From: Eledone cirrhosa
Lineage: Eukaryota
Length of the DNA: 64,000 nucleotides
Direction: 5' to 3'
NCBI GenBank assembly: GCA_964016885.1
Contig: OZ024743.1
Coordinates: 374,666,001 to 374,730,000 of the forward strand
Shown here: positions 45,261 through 62,700 of the stretch, piece after piece
How positions within the stretch are numbered: the stretch's first letter is position 1
How the letters are laid out: each line of letters starts with the position of its first letter
Position numbers and translations under genes: made by a program
Notes under the pieces: generated by a model
What the model was told of the DNA's origin: nothing
Seen by the model: only the letters and a program-made list of their open reading frames with translations
Databases searched by the model: none

Positions 45261-48200
45261 TTACATCACATCTCTGTCCACAACAATAGACACTGCTACG
45301 TCATAGTCAATATACATCACATCTCTGTCTACAACAATAGACACTGCTACGTCATAGTCAATATACATCACATCTCTGTCCACAACAATAGACACTGCTA
45401 CGTCATAGTCAATTTACATCACATCTCTGTCTACAACAATAGGCAATGCTACGTCATAGTCAATATACACCACATCTCTGTCCACAACAATAGACACTGC
45501 TACGTCATATTCAATTTACATCACATCTCTGTCCACAACAATAGACACTGCTACGTCATAGTCAATATACATCACATCTATGTCCACAACAATAGACACT
45601 GCTACGTCATAGTCAATATACATCACATCTCTATATACAACAATAGACACTGCTACGTCAGAGTCAATATACATCACATCTCTGTCTACAATAGACACTG
45701 CTACGTCATATTCAATATACATCACGTCTACAGCAATAGACACTGCTACGTCCTAGTCAATATACATCACATCTCTGTCTGTGTGTCTACAACAATAGAC
45801 ACGGCTACGTCATAGTCAATATACATCACATCTCTATCCACAACAATAGACACTGCTACGTCATAGTCAATATACATCACATCTCTGTCTACAACAAAAG
45901 ACACTGCTACCTCATAGTCAATATACATCACATCTCTGTCTACAATAGACACTGCTACGTCATAGTCAATATACATCATATCTCTGTCCACAAAAATAGA
46001 CACTGCTACGTCATAGTCAATTTACATCACATCTCTGTCCACAACAATAGACACTGCTACGTCATAGTCAATATACATCCCATCTATGTCCACAACAATA
46101 GACACTGCTACGTCATAGTCAATATACATCACATCTCTATCTACAACAATAGACACTGCTACGTCATAGTCAATATACATCACATCTCTGTCTACAATAG
46201 ACACTGCTACGTCATATTCAATATACATCACATCTTTGTCTACAGCAATAGACACTGCTACGTCCTAGTCAATATACATCACATCTCTGTCTGTGTGTCT
46301 ACAACAATAGACACGGCTACGTCATAGTCAATATACATTATATCTCTATCCACAACAATAGACACTGCTGCGTCATAGTCAATATACATCACATCTCTGT
46401 CCACAACAATAGACACTGCTACGTCATAGTCAAATTTCATCACATCTCTCTCCACAACAATAGACACTGCTACGTCATAGTCAATATACATCACATCTCT
46501 GTCCACAACAATAGACACTGCTACGTCATAGTCAATATACATCACATCTCTGTCCACAACAATAGACACTGCTACGTCATAGTCAATTTGCATCACATCT
46601 CTGTCTACAATAGACACTGCTACGTCATAGTCAATATACATCACATCTCTGTCCACAACAATAGACACTTCTACGTCATATTCAATATACATCACATCTC
46701 TGTCTACAACAATAGACACTGCTACGTCATAGTCAATTTACATCACATCTCTGTCTACAACAATAGACACTGCTACGTCATAGTCAATATACATCACATC
46801 TCTGTCCACAACAATAGACACTGCTACGTCATAGTCAATATACATCACATCTATGTCCACAACAATAGACACTGCTACGTCACAGTCAATATACATCACA
46901 TCTCTGTCTACAACAATAGACACTGCTACGTCATAGTCAATTTACATCACATCTCTGTCCACAACAATAGACACTTCTACGTCATATTCAATATACATCA
47001 CATCTCTGTCTACAAGAATAGACACTGCTACGTCATAGTCAATTTACATCACATCTCTGTCTACAACAATAGACACTGCTACGTCATAGTCAGTATACAT
47101 CACATCTCTGTCTACAACAATAGACACTGCTACGTCATAGTCAATTTACATCACATCTCTGTCCACAACAATAGACACTGCTACGTCATATTCAATATAC
47201 ATCACATCTCTGTCTACAACAATAGACACTGCTACGTCATAGTCAATTTACATCACATCTCTGTCCACAACAATAGACACTGCTACGTATAGTCAATATA
47301 CATCACATCTCTGTCTACAGCAATAGACACTGCAACGTCATCGTCAATATACATCACATCTCTGTCTACAACAATAGACACTGCTACGTCATAGTCAATA
47401 TACATCATATCTCTGTCCACAACAATAGACACTGCTACGTCATAGTCAATTTACATCACATCTCTGTCCACAACAATAGACACTGCTACGTCATAGTCAA
47501 TATACATCACATCTCTGTCTACAACAAAAGACACTGCTACCTCATAGTCAATATACATCACATCTCTGTCTACAATAGACACTGCTACGTCATAGTCAAT
47601 ATACATCATATCTCTGTCCACAAAAATAGACACTGCTACGTCATAGTCAATTTACATCACATCTCTGTCCACAACAATAGACACTGCTACGTCATAGTCA
47701 ATATACATCACATCTATGTCCACAACAATAGACACTGCTACGTCATAGTCAATATACATCACATCTCTATCTACAACAATAGACACTGCTACGTCATAGT
47801 CAATATACATCACATCTCTGTCTACAATAGACACTGCTACGTCATATTCAATATACATCACATCTTTGTCTACATCAATAGACACTGCTACGTCCTATTC
47901 AATATACATCACATCTCTGTCTGTGTGTCTACAACAATAGACACGGCTACGTCATAGTCAATATACATCACATCTCTATCCACAACAATAGACACTGCTG
48001 CGTCATAGTCAATATACATCACATCTCTGTCCACAACAATAGACACTGCTACGTCATAGTCAAATTTCATCACATCTCTCTCCACAACAATAGACACTGC
48101 TACGTCATAGTCAATATACATCACATCTCTGTCCCCAACAATAGACACTGCTACGTCATAGTCAATATACATCACATCTCTGTCTACAACAATAGACACT

Positions 48201-51200
48201 GCTACGTCATAGTCAATATACATCACATCTCTGTCCACAACAATAGACACTGCTACGTCATAGTCAATATACATCACATCTCTGTCTACAACAATAGACA
48301 CTGCCACGTCATAGTCAATATACATCACATCTCTGTCCACAACAATAGACACTGCTACGTCATAGTCAATATACATCACATCTCTGTCCACAACAATAGA
48401 CACTGCTACGTTATAGTCAATATATATCACATCTCTTTCTACAACAATAGACACTGCTACGTCATAGTCAATATACATCGCATCTCTGTCTACAACAATA
48501 GACACTGCTACGTCATAGTCAATATACATCACACCTCTGTCTACAACAATAGACACTGCTACGTCATAGTCAATATACATCACATCTCTGTCTACAACAA
48601 TAGACACTGCTACGTCATAGTCAATATACATCACATCTCTGTCTACAACAATAGACACTGCTACATCATAGTGAATATACATCACATCTCTGTCTACACC
48701 AATAGACACTGCTACGTCATAGTCAATATACATCACATCTCTGTCCATAACAAAAGACACTGCAACGTCATCGTCAATATACATCACATCTCTGTCTACA
48801 ACAATAGACACTGCTACGTCATAGTCAATATACATCACATCTCTGTCTACAATAGACACTGCTACGTCATAGTCAATATACATCATATCTCTGTCCACAA
48901 CAATAGACACTGCTACGTCATAGTCAATTTACATCACATCTCTGTCCACAACAATAGACACTGCTACGTCATAGTCAATATACATCACATCTATGTCCAC
49001 AACAATAGACACTGCTACGTCATAGTCAATATACATCACATCTCTATCTACAACAATAGACACTGCTACGTCATAGTCAATATACATCACATCTCTGTCT
49101 ACAATAGACTCTGCTACGTCATATTCAATATACATCACATCTTTGTCTACAACAATAGACACTGCTACGTCATAGTCAATATACATCACATCTCTGTCTG
49201 TGTGTCTACAACAATAGACACTGCTACGTCATAGTCAATATACATCATATCTCTGTCCACAACAATAGACACTGCTACGTCATAGTCAATTTACATCACA
49301 TCTCTGTCCACAATAATAGACACTGCTACGTCATAGTCAATATACATCACATCTATGTCCACAACAATAGACACTGCTACGTCACAGTCGATATACATCA
49401 CATCTCTGTCTACAACAATAGACACTGCTACGTCATAGTCAATTTACATCACATCTCTGTCCACAACAATAGACACTTCTACGTCATATTCAATATACAT
49501 CACATCTCTGTCTACAACAATAGACACTGCTACGTCATAGTCAATTTACATCACATCTCTGTCTACAACAATAGACACTGCTACGTCATAGTCAGTATAC
49601 ATCACATCTCTGTCTACAACAATAGACACTGCTACGTCATGCTCAATTTACATCACATCTCTGTCCACAACAATAGACACTGCTACGTCATATTCAATAT
49701 ACATCACATCTCTGTCTACAACTATAGACACTGCTACGTCATAGTCAATATACATCACATCTCTGTCTACAACTATAGACAATGCTACGTCATAGTCAAT
49801 TTACATCACATCTCTGTCCACAACAATAGACACTGCTACGTCATAGTCAATATATATCACATCTCTTTCTACAACAATAGACACTGCTACGTCATAGTCA
49901 ATATACATCACATCTCTGTCTATAACAATAGACACTGCTACGTCATAGTCAATATACATCACATCTCTGTCTACAACAGTAGACACTGCTACGTCATAGT
50001 CAATATACATCACATCTCTGTCCACAACAATAGACACTGCTACGTCATAGTCAATATACATCACATCTCTGTCCACAACAATAGACACTGCTACGTCATA
50101 GTCAATATACATCACATCTCTGTCCACAACAATAGACACTGCTACATCATAGTGAATATACATCACATCTCTGTCTACACCAATAGACACTGCTACGTCA
50201 TAGTCAATATACATCACATCTCTGTCCATAACAAAAGACACTGCAACGTCATCGTCAATATACATCACATCTCTGTCTACAACAATAGACACTGCTACGT
50301 CATAGTCAATATACATCACATCTCTGTCTACAATAGACACTGCTACGTCATAGTCAATATACATCATATCTCTGTCCACAACAATAGACACTGCTACGTC
50401 ATAGTCAATTTACATCACATCTCTGTCCACAACAATAGACACTGCTACGTCATAGTCAATATACATCACATCTATGTCCACAACAATAGACACTGCTACG
50501 TCATAGTCAATATACATCACATCTCTGTCTACAACAATAGACACTGCTACGTCATATTCAATATACATCACATCTTTGTCTACAACAATAGACACTGCTA
50601 CGTCATAGTCAATATACATCACATCTCTGTCTGTGTGTCTACTACAATAGACACTGCTACGTCATAGTCAATATACATCACATCTCTGTCCACAACAATA
50701 GACACTGCTACGTCATAGTCAATATACATCACATCTATGTCCACAACAATAGACACTGCTACGTCACAGTCAATATACATCACATCTCTGTCTACAACAA
50801 TAGACACTGCTACGTCATAGTCAATTTACATCACATCTCTGTCCACAACAATAGACACTTCTACGTCATATTCAATATACATCACATCTCTGTCTACAAC
50901 AATAGACACTGCTACGTCATAGTCAATTTACATCACATCTCTGTCTACAACAATAGACACTGCTACGTCATAGTCAATATACATCACATCTCTGTCCACA
51001 ACAATAGACACTGCTACGTCATAGTCAATATACATCACATCTATGTCCACAACAATAGACACTGCTACGTCACAGTCAATATACATCACATCTCTGTCTA
51101 CAACAATAGACACTGCTACGTCATAGTCAATTTACATCACATCTCTGTCCACAACAATAGACACTTCTACGTCATATTCAATATACATCACATCTCTGTC

Positions 51201-51252
51201 TACAACAATAGACACTGCTACGTCATTGTCAATTTACATCACATCTCTGTCT

Positions 51253-54200
51253 ACAACAATAGACACTGCTACGTCATAGTCAGTATACATCACATCTCTG
51301 TCTACAGCAATAGACACTGCTACGTCATAGTCAATTTACATCACATCTCTGTCCACAACAATAGACACTGCTACGTATAGTCAATATACATCACATCTCT
51401 GTCTACAGCAATAGACACTGCAACGTCATCGTCAATATACATCACATCTCTGTCTACAACAATAGACACTGCTACGTCATAGTCAATATACATCATATCT
51501 CTGTCCACAACAATAGACACTGCTACGTCATAGTCAATTTACATCACATCTCTGTCCACAACAATAGACACTGCTACGTCATAGTCAATATACATCACAT
51601 CTCTGTGTACAACAAAAGACACTGCTACCTCATAGTCAATATACATCACATCTCTGTCTACAATAGACACTGCTACGTCATAGTCAATATACATCATATC
51701 TCTGTCCACAAAAATAGACACTGCTACGTCATAGTCAATTTACATCACATCTCTGTCCACAACAATAGACACTGCTACGTCATAGTCAATATACATCACA
51801 TCTATGTCCACAACAATAGACACTGCTACGTCATAGTCAATATACATCACATCTCTATCTACAACAATAGACACTGCTACGTCATAGTCAATATACATCA
51901 CATCTCTGTCTACAATAGACACTGCTACGTCATATTCAATATACATCACATCTTTGTCTACATCAATAGACACTGCTACGTCCTAGTCAATATACATCAC
52001 ATCTCTGTCTGTGTGTCTACAACAATAGACACGGCTACGTCATAGTCAATATACATCACATCTCTATCCACAACAATAGACACTGCTGCGTCATAGTCAA
52101 TATACATCACATCTCTGTCCACAACAATAGACACTGCTACGTCATAGTCAAATTTCATCACATCTCTCTCCACAACAATAGACACTGCTACGTCATAGTC
52201 AATATACATCACATCTATGTCCACAACAATAGACACTGCTACGTCACAGTCAATATACATCACATCTCTGTCTACAACAATAGACACTGCTACGTCATAG
52301 TCAATTTACATCACATCTCTGTCCACAACAATAGACACTTCTACGTCATATTCAATATACATCACATCTCTGTCTACAACAATAGACACTGCTACGTCAT
52401 AGTCAATTTACATCACATCTCTGTCTACAACAATAGACACTGCTACGTCATAGTCAATATACATCACATCTCTGTCCACAACAATAGACACTGCTACGTC
52501 ATAGTCAATATACATCACATCTATGTCCACAACAATAGACACTGCTACGTCACAGTCAATATACATCACATCTCTGTCTACAACAATAGACACTGCTACG
52601 TCATAGTCAATTTACATCACATCTCTGTCCACAACAATAGACACTTCTACGTCATATTCAATATACATCACATCTCTGTCTACAACAATAGACACTTCTA
52701 CGTCATAGTCAATTTACATCACATCTCTGTCTACAACAATAGGCACTGCTACGTCATAGTCAGTATACATCACATCTCTGTCTACAACAATAGACACTGC
52801 TACGTCATAGTCAATTTACATCACATCTCTGTCCACAACAATAGACACTGCTACGTCATATTCAATATACATCACATCTCTGTCTACAACAATAGACACT
52901 GCTACGTCATAGTCAATTTACATCACATCTCTGTCCACAACAATAGACACTGCTACGTATAGTCAATATACATCACATCTCTGTCCACAACAATAGACAC
53001 TGCTACGTATAGTCAATATACATCACTTCTCTGTCTACAGCAATAGACACTGCAACGTCATCGTCAATATACATCACATCTCTGTCTACAACAATAGACA
53101 CTGCTACGTCATAGTCAATATACATCATATCTCTGTCCACAACAATAGACACTGCTACGTCATAGTCAATTTACATCACATCTCTGTCCACAACAATAGA
53201 CACTGCTACGTCATAGTCAATATACATCACATCTCTGTCTACAACAAAAGACACTGCTACCTCATAGTCAATATACATCACATCTCTGTCTACAATAGAC
53301 ACTGCTACGTCATAGTCAATATACATCATATCTCTGTCCACAAAAATAGACACTGCTACGTCATAGTCAATTTACATCACATCTCTGTCCACAACAATAG
53401 ACACTGCTACGTCATAGTCAATATACATCACATCTATGTCCACAACAATAGACACTGCTACGTCATAGTCAATATACATCACATCTCTATCTACAACAAT
53501 AGACACTGCTACGTCATAGTCAATATACATCACATCTCTGTCTACAATAGACACTGCTACGTCATATTCAATATACATCACATCTTTGTCTACATCAATA
53601 GACACTGCTACGTCCTAGTCAATATACATCACATCTCTGTCTGTGTGTCTACAACAATAGACACGGCTACGTCATAGTCAATATACATCACATCTCTATC
53701 CACAACAATAGACACTGCTGCGTCATAGTCAATATACATCACATCTCTGTCCACAACAATAGACACTGATACGTCATAGTCAAATTTCATCACATCTCTC
53801 TCCACAACAATAGACACTGCTACGTCATAGTCAATATACATCACATCTCTGTCCCCAACAATAGACACTGCTACGTCATAGTGAATATACATCACATCTC
53901 TGTCTACACCAATAGACACTGCTACGTCATAGTCAATATACATCACATCTATGTCCACAACAATAGACACTGCTACGTCACAGTCAATATACATCACATC
54001 TCTGTCTACAACAATAGACACTGCTACGTCATAGTCAATTTACATCACATCTCTGTCCACAACAATAGACACTTCTACGTCATATTCAATATACATCACA
54101 TCTCTTCCTACAACAATAGACACTGCTACGTCATAGTCAATTTACATCACATCTCTGTCTACAACAATAGACACTGCTACGTCATAGTCAATATACATCA

Positions 54201-57200
54201 CATCTCTGTCCACAACAATAGACACTGCTACGTCATAGTCAATATACATCACATCTATGTCCACAACAATAGACACTGCTACGTCACAGTCAATATACAT
54301 CACATCTCTGTCTACAACAATAGACACTGCTACGTCATAGTCAATTTACATCACATCTCTGTCCACAACAATAGACACTTCTACGTCATATTCAATATAC
54401 ATCACATCTCTGTCTACAACAATAGACACTGCTACGTCATAGTCAATTTACATCACATCTCTGTCTACAACAATAGACACTGCTACGTCATAGTCAGTAT
54501 ACATCACATCTCTGTCTACAACAATAGACACTGCTACGTCATAGTCAATTTACATCACATCTCTGTCCACAACAATAGACACTGCTACGTCATATTCAAT
54601 ATACATCACATCTCTGTCTACAACAATAGACACTGCTACGTCATAGTCAATTTACATCACATCTCTGTCCACAACAATAGACACTGCTACGTATAGTCAA
54701 TATACATCACATCTATGTCTACAGCAATAGACACTGCAACGTCATCGTCAATATACATCACATCTCTGTCTACAACAATAGACACTGCTACGTCATAGTC
54801 AATATACATCATATCTCTGTCCACAACAATAGACACTGCTACGTCATAGTCAATTTACATCACATCTCTGTCCACAACAATAGACACTGCTACGTCATAG
54901 TCAATATATATCACATCTCTTTCTACAACAATAGACACTGCTACGTCATAGTCAATATACATCGCATCTCTGTCTACAACAATAGACACTGCTACGTCAT
55001 AGTCAATATACATCACACCTCTGTCTACAACAATAGACACTGCTACGTCATAGTCAATATACATCACATCTCTGTCTACAACAATAGACACTGCTACGTC
55101 ATAGTCAATATACATCACATCTCTGTCTACAACAATAGACACTGCTACATCATAGTGAATATACATCACATCTCTGTCTACACCAATAGACACTGCTACG
55201 TCATAGTCAATATACATCACATCTCTGTCCATAACAAAAGACACTGCAACGTCATCGTCAATATACATCACATCTCTGTCTACAACAATAGACACTGCTA
55301 TGTCATAGTCAATATACATCACATCTCTGTCCACAACAATAGACACTGCTACGTCATAGTCAGTATACATCACATCTCTGTCTACAGCAATAGACACTGC
55401 TACGTCATAGTCAATTTACATCACATCTCTGTCCACAACAATAGACACTGCTACGTATAGTCAATATACATCACATCTCTGTCTACAGCAATAGACACTG
55501 CAACGTCATCGTCAATATACATCACATCTCTGTCTACAACAATAGACACTGCTACGTCATAGTCAATATACATCATATCTCTGTCCACAACAATAGACAC
55601 TGCTACGTCATAGTCAATTTACATCACATCTCTGTCCACAACAATAGACACTGCTACGTCATAGTCAATATACATCACATCTCTGTGTACAACAAAAGAC
55701 ACTGCTACCTCATAGTCAATATACATCACATCTCTGTCTACAATAGACACTGCTACGTCATAGTCAATATACATCATATCTCTGTCCACAAAAATAGACA
55801 CTGCTACGTCATAGTCAATTTACATCACATCTCTGTCCACAACAATAGACACTGCTACGTCATAGTCAATATACATCACATCTATGTCCACAACAATAGA
55901 CACTGCTACGTCATAGTCAATATACATCACATCTCTATCTACAACAATAGACACTGCTACGTCATAGTCAATATACATCACATCTCTGTCTACAATAGAC
56001 ACTGCTACGTCATATTCAATATACATCACATCTTTGTCTACATCAATAGACACTGCTACGTCCTAGTCAATATACATCACATCTCTGTCTGTGTGTCTAC
56101 AACAATAGACACGGCTACGTCATAGTCAATATACATCACATCTCTATCCACAACAATAGACACTGCTGCGTCATAGTCAATATACATCACATCTCTGTCC
56201 ACAACAATAGACACTGCTACGTCATAGTCAAATTTCATCACATCTCTCTCCACAACAATAGACACTGCTACGTCATAGTCAATATACATCACATCTATGT
56301 CCACAACAATAGACACTGCTACGTCACAGTCAATATACATCACATCTCTGTCTACAACAATAGACACTGCTACGTCATAGTCAATTTACATCACATCTCT
56401 GTCCACAACAATAGACACTTCTACGTCATATTCAATATACATCACATCTCTGTCTACAACAATAGACACTGCTACGTCATAGTCAATTTACATCACATCT
56501 CTGTCTACAACAATAGACACTGCTACGTCATAGTCAATATACATCACATCTCTGTCCACAACAATAGACACTGCTACGTCATAGTCAATATACATCACAT
56601 CTATGTCCACAACAATAGACACTGCTACGTCACAGTCAATATACATCACATCTCTGTCTACAACAATAGACACTGCTACGTCATAGTCAATTTACATCAC
56701 ATCTCTGTCCACAACAATAGACACTTCTACGTCATATTCAATATACATCACATCTCTGTCTACAACAATAGACACTTCTACGTCATAGTCAATTTACATC
56801 ACATCTCTGTCTACAACAATAGGCACTGCTACGTCATAGTCAGTATACATCACATCTCTGTCTACAACAATAGACACTGCTACGTCATAGTCAATTTACA
56901 TCACATCTCTGTCCACAACAATAGACACTGCTACGTCATATTCAATATACATCACATCTCTGTCTACAACAATAGACACTGCTACGTCATAGTCAATTTA
57001 CATCACATCTCTGTCCACAACAATAGACACTGCTACGTATAGTCAATATACATCACATCTCTGTCCACAACAATAGACACTGCTACGTATAGTCAATATA
57101 CATCACTTCTCTGTCTACAGCAATAGACACTGCAACGTCATCGTCAATATACATCACATCTCTGTCTACAACAATAGACACTGCTACGTCATAGTCAATA

Positions 57201-59442
57201 TACATCATATCTCTGTCCACAACAATAGACACTGCTACGTCATAGTCAATTTACATCACATCTCTGTCCACAACAATAGACACTGCTACGTCATAGTCAA
57301 TATACATCACATCTCTGTCTACAACAAAAGACACTGCTACCTCATAGTCAATATACATCACATCTCTGTCTACAATAGACACTGCTACGTCATAGTCAAT
57401 ATACATCATATCTCTGTCCACAAAAATAGACACTGCTACGTCATAGTCAATTTACATCACATCTCTGTCCACAACAATAGACACTGCTACGTCATAGTCA
57501 ATATACATCACATCTATGTCCACAACAATAGACACTGCTACGTCATAGTCAATATACATCACATCTCTATCTACAACAATAGACACTGCTACGTCATAGT
57601 CAATATACATCACATCTCTGTCTACAATAGACACTGCTACGTCATATTCAATATACATCACATCTTTGTCTACATCAATAGACACTGCTACGTCCTAGTC
57701 AATATACATCACATCTCTGTCTGTGTGTCTACAACAATAGACACGGCTACGTCATAGTCAATATACATCACATCTCTATCCACAACAATAGACACTGCTG
57801 CGTCATAGTCAATATACATCACATCTCTGTCCACAACAATAGACACTGATACGTCATAGTCAAATTTCATCACATCTCTCTCCACAACAATAGACACTGC
57901 TACGTCATAGTCAATATACATCACATCTCTGTCCCCAACAATAGACACTGCTACGTCATAGTGAATATACATCACATCTCTGTCTACACCAATAGACACT
58001 GCTACGTCATAGTCAATATACATCACATCTATGTCCACAACAATAGACACTGCTACGTCACAGTCAATATACATCACATCTCTGTCTACAACAATAGACA
58101 CTGCTACGTCATAGTCAATTTACATCACATCTCTGTCCACAACAATAGACACTTCTACGTCATATTCAATATACATCACATCTCTTCCTACAACAATAGA
58201 CACTGCTACGTCATAGTCAATTTACATCACATCTCTGTCTACAACAATAGACACTGCTACGTCATAGTCAATATACATCACATCTCTGTCCACAACAATA
58301 GACACTGCTACGTCATAGTCAATATACATCACATCTATGTCCACAACAATAGACACTGCTACGTCACAGTCAATATACATCACATCTCTGTCTACAACAA
58401 TAGACACTGCTACGTCATAGTCAATTTACATCACATCTCTGTCCACAACAATAGACACTTCTACGTCATATTCAATATACATCACATCTCTGTCTACAAC
58501 AATAGACACTGCTACGTCATAGTCAATTTACATCACATCTCTGTCTACAACAATAGACACTGCTACGTCATAGTCAGTATACATCACATCTCTGTCTACA
58601 ACAATAGACACTGCTACGTCATAGTCAATTTACATCACATCTCTGTCCACAACAATAGACACTGCTACGTCATATTCAATATACATCACATCTCTGTCTA
58701 CAACAATAGACACTGCTACGTCATAGTCAATTTACATCACATCTCTGTCCACAACAATAGACACTGCTACGTATAGTCAATATACATCACATCTATGTCT
58801 ACAGCAATAGACACTGCAACGTCATCGTCAATATACATCACATCTCTGTCTACAACAATAGACACTGCTACGTCATAGTCAATATACATCATATCTCTGT
58901 CCACAACAATAGACACTGCTACGTCATAGTCAATTTACATCACATCTCTGTCCACAACAATAGACACTGCTACGTCATAGTCAATATATATCACATCTCT
59001 TTCTACAACAATAGACACTGCTACGTCATAGTCAATATACATCGCATCTCTGTCTACAACAATAGACACTGCTACGTCATAGTCAATATACATCACACCT
59101 CTGTCTACAACAATAGACACTGCTACGTCATAGTCAATATACATCACATCTCTGTCTACAACAATAGACACTGCTACGTCATAGTCAATATACATCACAT
59201 CTCTGTCTACAACAATAGACACTGCTACATCATAGTGAATATACATCACATCTCTGTCTACACCAATAGACACTGCTACGTCATAGTCAATATACATCAC
59301 ATCTCTGTCCATAACAAAAGACACTGCAACGTCATCGTCAATATACATCACATCTCTGTCTACAACAATAGACACTGCTATGTCATAGTCAATATACATC
59401 ACATCTCTGTCCACAACAATAGACACTGCTACGTCATAGTCA
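51253..59442. repeat. Tandem duplication with a 4080-bp unit (80 monomers), apparently identical copies
   Basis: Printed lines from 51301 onward match lines from 55381 onward wherever I compared them. Flanking mismatches lie at 51252/55332 and 55363/59443. ORF pairs 51539/55619, 53881/57961 and 54855/58935 share the offset. Confidence 0.93.
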
Positions 59443-59727
59443 ATTTACATCACATCTCTGTCCACAACAATAGACACTGCTACGTCATATTCAATATACA
59501 TCACATCTCTGTCTACAACAATAGACACTGCTATCTCATAGTCAACATACATCACATCTCTGTCAACAACAATAGACACTGCTACGTCATAGTCAATATA
59601 CATCACATCTCTGTCTACAATAGACACTGCTACGTCATATTCAATATACATCACATCTTTGTCTACATCAATAGACACTGCTACGTCCTAGTCAATATAC
59701 ATCACATCTCTGTCTGTGTGTCTACAA

Positions 59728-62700
59728 CAATAGACACTGCTACGTCATAGTCAATATACATCATATCTCTGTCCACAACAATAGACACTGCTACGTCATA
59801 GTCAATTTACATCACATCTCTGTCCACAACAATAGACACTGCTACGTCATAGTCAATATACATCACATCTATGTCCACAACAATAGACACTGCTACGTCA
59901 TAGTCAATATACATCACATCTCTATCTACAACAATAGACACTGCTACGTCATAGTCAATATACATCACATCTCTGTCTACAATAGACTCTGCTACGTCAT
60001 ATTCAATATACATCACATCTTTGTCTACAACAATAGACACTGCTACGTCATAGTCAATATACATCACATCTCTGTCTGTGTGTCTACAACAATAGACACT
60101 GCTACGTCATAGTCAATATACATCATATCTCTGTCCACAACAATAGACACTGCTACGTCATAGTCAATTTACATCACATCTCTGTCCACAATAATAGACA
60201 CTGCTACGTCATAGTCAATATACATCACATCTATGTCCACAACAATAGACACTGCTACGTCACAGTCGATATACATCACATCTCTGTCTACAACAATAGA
60301 CACTGCTACGTCATAGTCAATTTACATCACATCTCTGTCCACAACAATAGACACTTCTACGTCATATTCAATATACATCACATCTCTGTCTACAACAATA
60401 GACACTGCTACGTCATAGTCAATTTACATCACATCTCTGTCTACAACAATAGACACTGCTACGTCATAGTCAGTATACATCACATCTCTGTCTACAACAA
60501 TAGACACTGCTACGTCATGCTCAATTTACATCACATCTCTGTCCACAACAATAGACACTGCTACGTCATATTCAATATACATCACATCTCTGTCTACAAC
60601 TATAGACACTGCTACGTCATAGTCAATATACATCACATCTCTGTCTACAACTATAGACAATGCTACGTCATAGTCAATTTACATCACATCTCTGTCCACA
60701 ACAATAGACACTGCTACGTCATAGTCAATATATATCACATCTCTTTCTACAACAATAGACACTGCTACGTCATAGTCAATATACATCACATCTCTGTCTA
60801 TAACAATAGACACTGCTACGTCATAGTCAATATACATCACATCTCTGTCTACAACAGTAGACACTGCTACGTCATAGTCAATATACATCACATCTCTGTC
60901 CACAACAATAGACACTGCTACGTCATAGTCAATATACATCACATCTCTGTCCACAACAATAGACACTGCTACGTCATAGTCAATATACATCACATCTCTG
61001 TCCACAACAATAGACACTGCTACATCATAGTGAATATACATCACATCTCTGTCTACACCAATAGACACTGCTACGTCATAGTCAATATACATCACATCTC
61101 TGTCCATAACAAAAGACACTGCAACGTCATCGTCAATATACATCACATCTCTGTCTACAACAATAGACACTGCTACGTCATAGTCAATATACATCACATC
61201 TCTGTCTACAATAGACACTGCTACGTCATAGTCAATATACATCATATCTCTGTCCACAACAATAGACACTGCTACGTCATAGTCAATTTACATCACATCT
61301 CTGTCCACAACAATAGACACTGCTACGTCATAGTCAATATACATCACATCTATGTCCACAACAATAGACACTGCTACGTCATAGTCAATATACATCACAT
61401 CTCTGTCTACAACAATAGACACTGCTACGTCATATTCAATATACATCACATCTTTGTCTACAACAATAGACACTGCTACGTCATAGTCAATATACATCAC
61501 ATCTCTGTCTGTGTGTCTACTACAATAGACACTGCTACGTCATAGTCAATATACATCACATCTCTGTCCACAACAATAGACACTGCTACGTCATAGTCAA
61601 TATACATCACATCTATGTCCACAACAATAGACACTGCTACGTCACAGTCAATATACATCACATCTCTGTCTACAACAATAGACACTGCTACGTCATAGTC
61701 AATTTACATCACATCTCTGTCCACAACAATAGACACTTCTACGTCATATTCAATATACATCACATCTCTGTCTACAACAATAGACACTGCTACGTCATAG
61801 TCAATTTACATCACATCTCTGTCTACAACAATAGACACTGCTACGTCATAGTCAATATACATCACATCTCTGTCCACAACAATAGACACTGCTACGTCAT
61901 AGTCAATATACATCACATCTATGTCCACAACAATAGACACTGCTACGTCACAGTCAATATACATCACATCTCTGTCTACAACAATAGACACTGCTACGTC
62001 ATAGTCAATTTACATCACATCTCTGTCCACAACAATAGACACTTCTACGTCATATTCAATATACATCACATCTCTGTCTACAACAATAGACACTGCTACG
62101 TCATTGTCAATTTACATCACATCTCTGTCTACAACAATAGACACTGCTACGTCATAGTCAGTATACATCACATCTCTGTCTACAGCAATAGACACTGCTA
62201 CGTCATAGTCAATTTACATCACATCTCTGTCCACAACAATAGACACTGCTACGTATAGTCAATATACATCACATCTCTGTCTACAGCAATAGACACTGCA
62301 ACGTCATCGTCAATATACATCACATCTCTGTCTACAACAATAGACACTGCTACGTCATAGTCAATATACATCATATCTCTGTCCACAACAATAGACACTG
62401 CTACGTCATAGTCAATTTACATCACATCTCTGTCCACAACAATAGACACTGCTACGTCATAGTCAATATACATCACATCTCTGTGTACAACAAAAGACAC
62501 TGCTACCTCATAGTCAATATACATCACATCTCTGTCTACAATAGACACTGCTACGTCATAGTCAATATACATCATATCTCTGTCCACAAAAATAGACACT
62601 GCTACGTCATAGTCAATTTACATCACATCTCTGTCCACAACAATAGACACTGCTACGTCATAGTCAATATACATCACATCTATGTCCACAACAATAGACA

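Noticed and set aside
13400-46600. TAA and CAA alternate at the same minus-strand codon (CAATTTA vs CAATTTG), suggesting TAA=Gln recoding
   Set aside because: This is explained by stepwise mutation TAT>TAA>CAA, and AAA also occurs. Frequent frameshifting monomers would still break the frame under a ciliate-type code.
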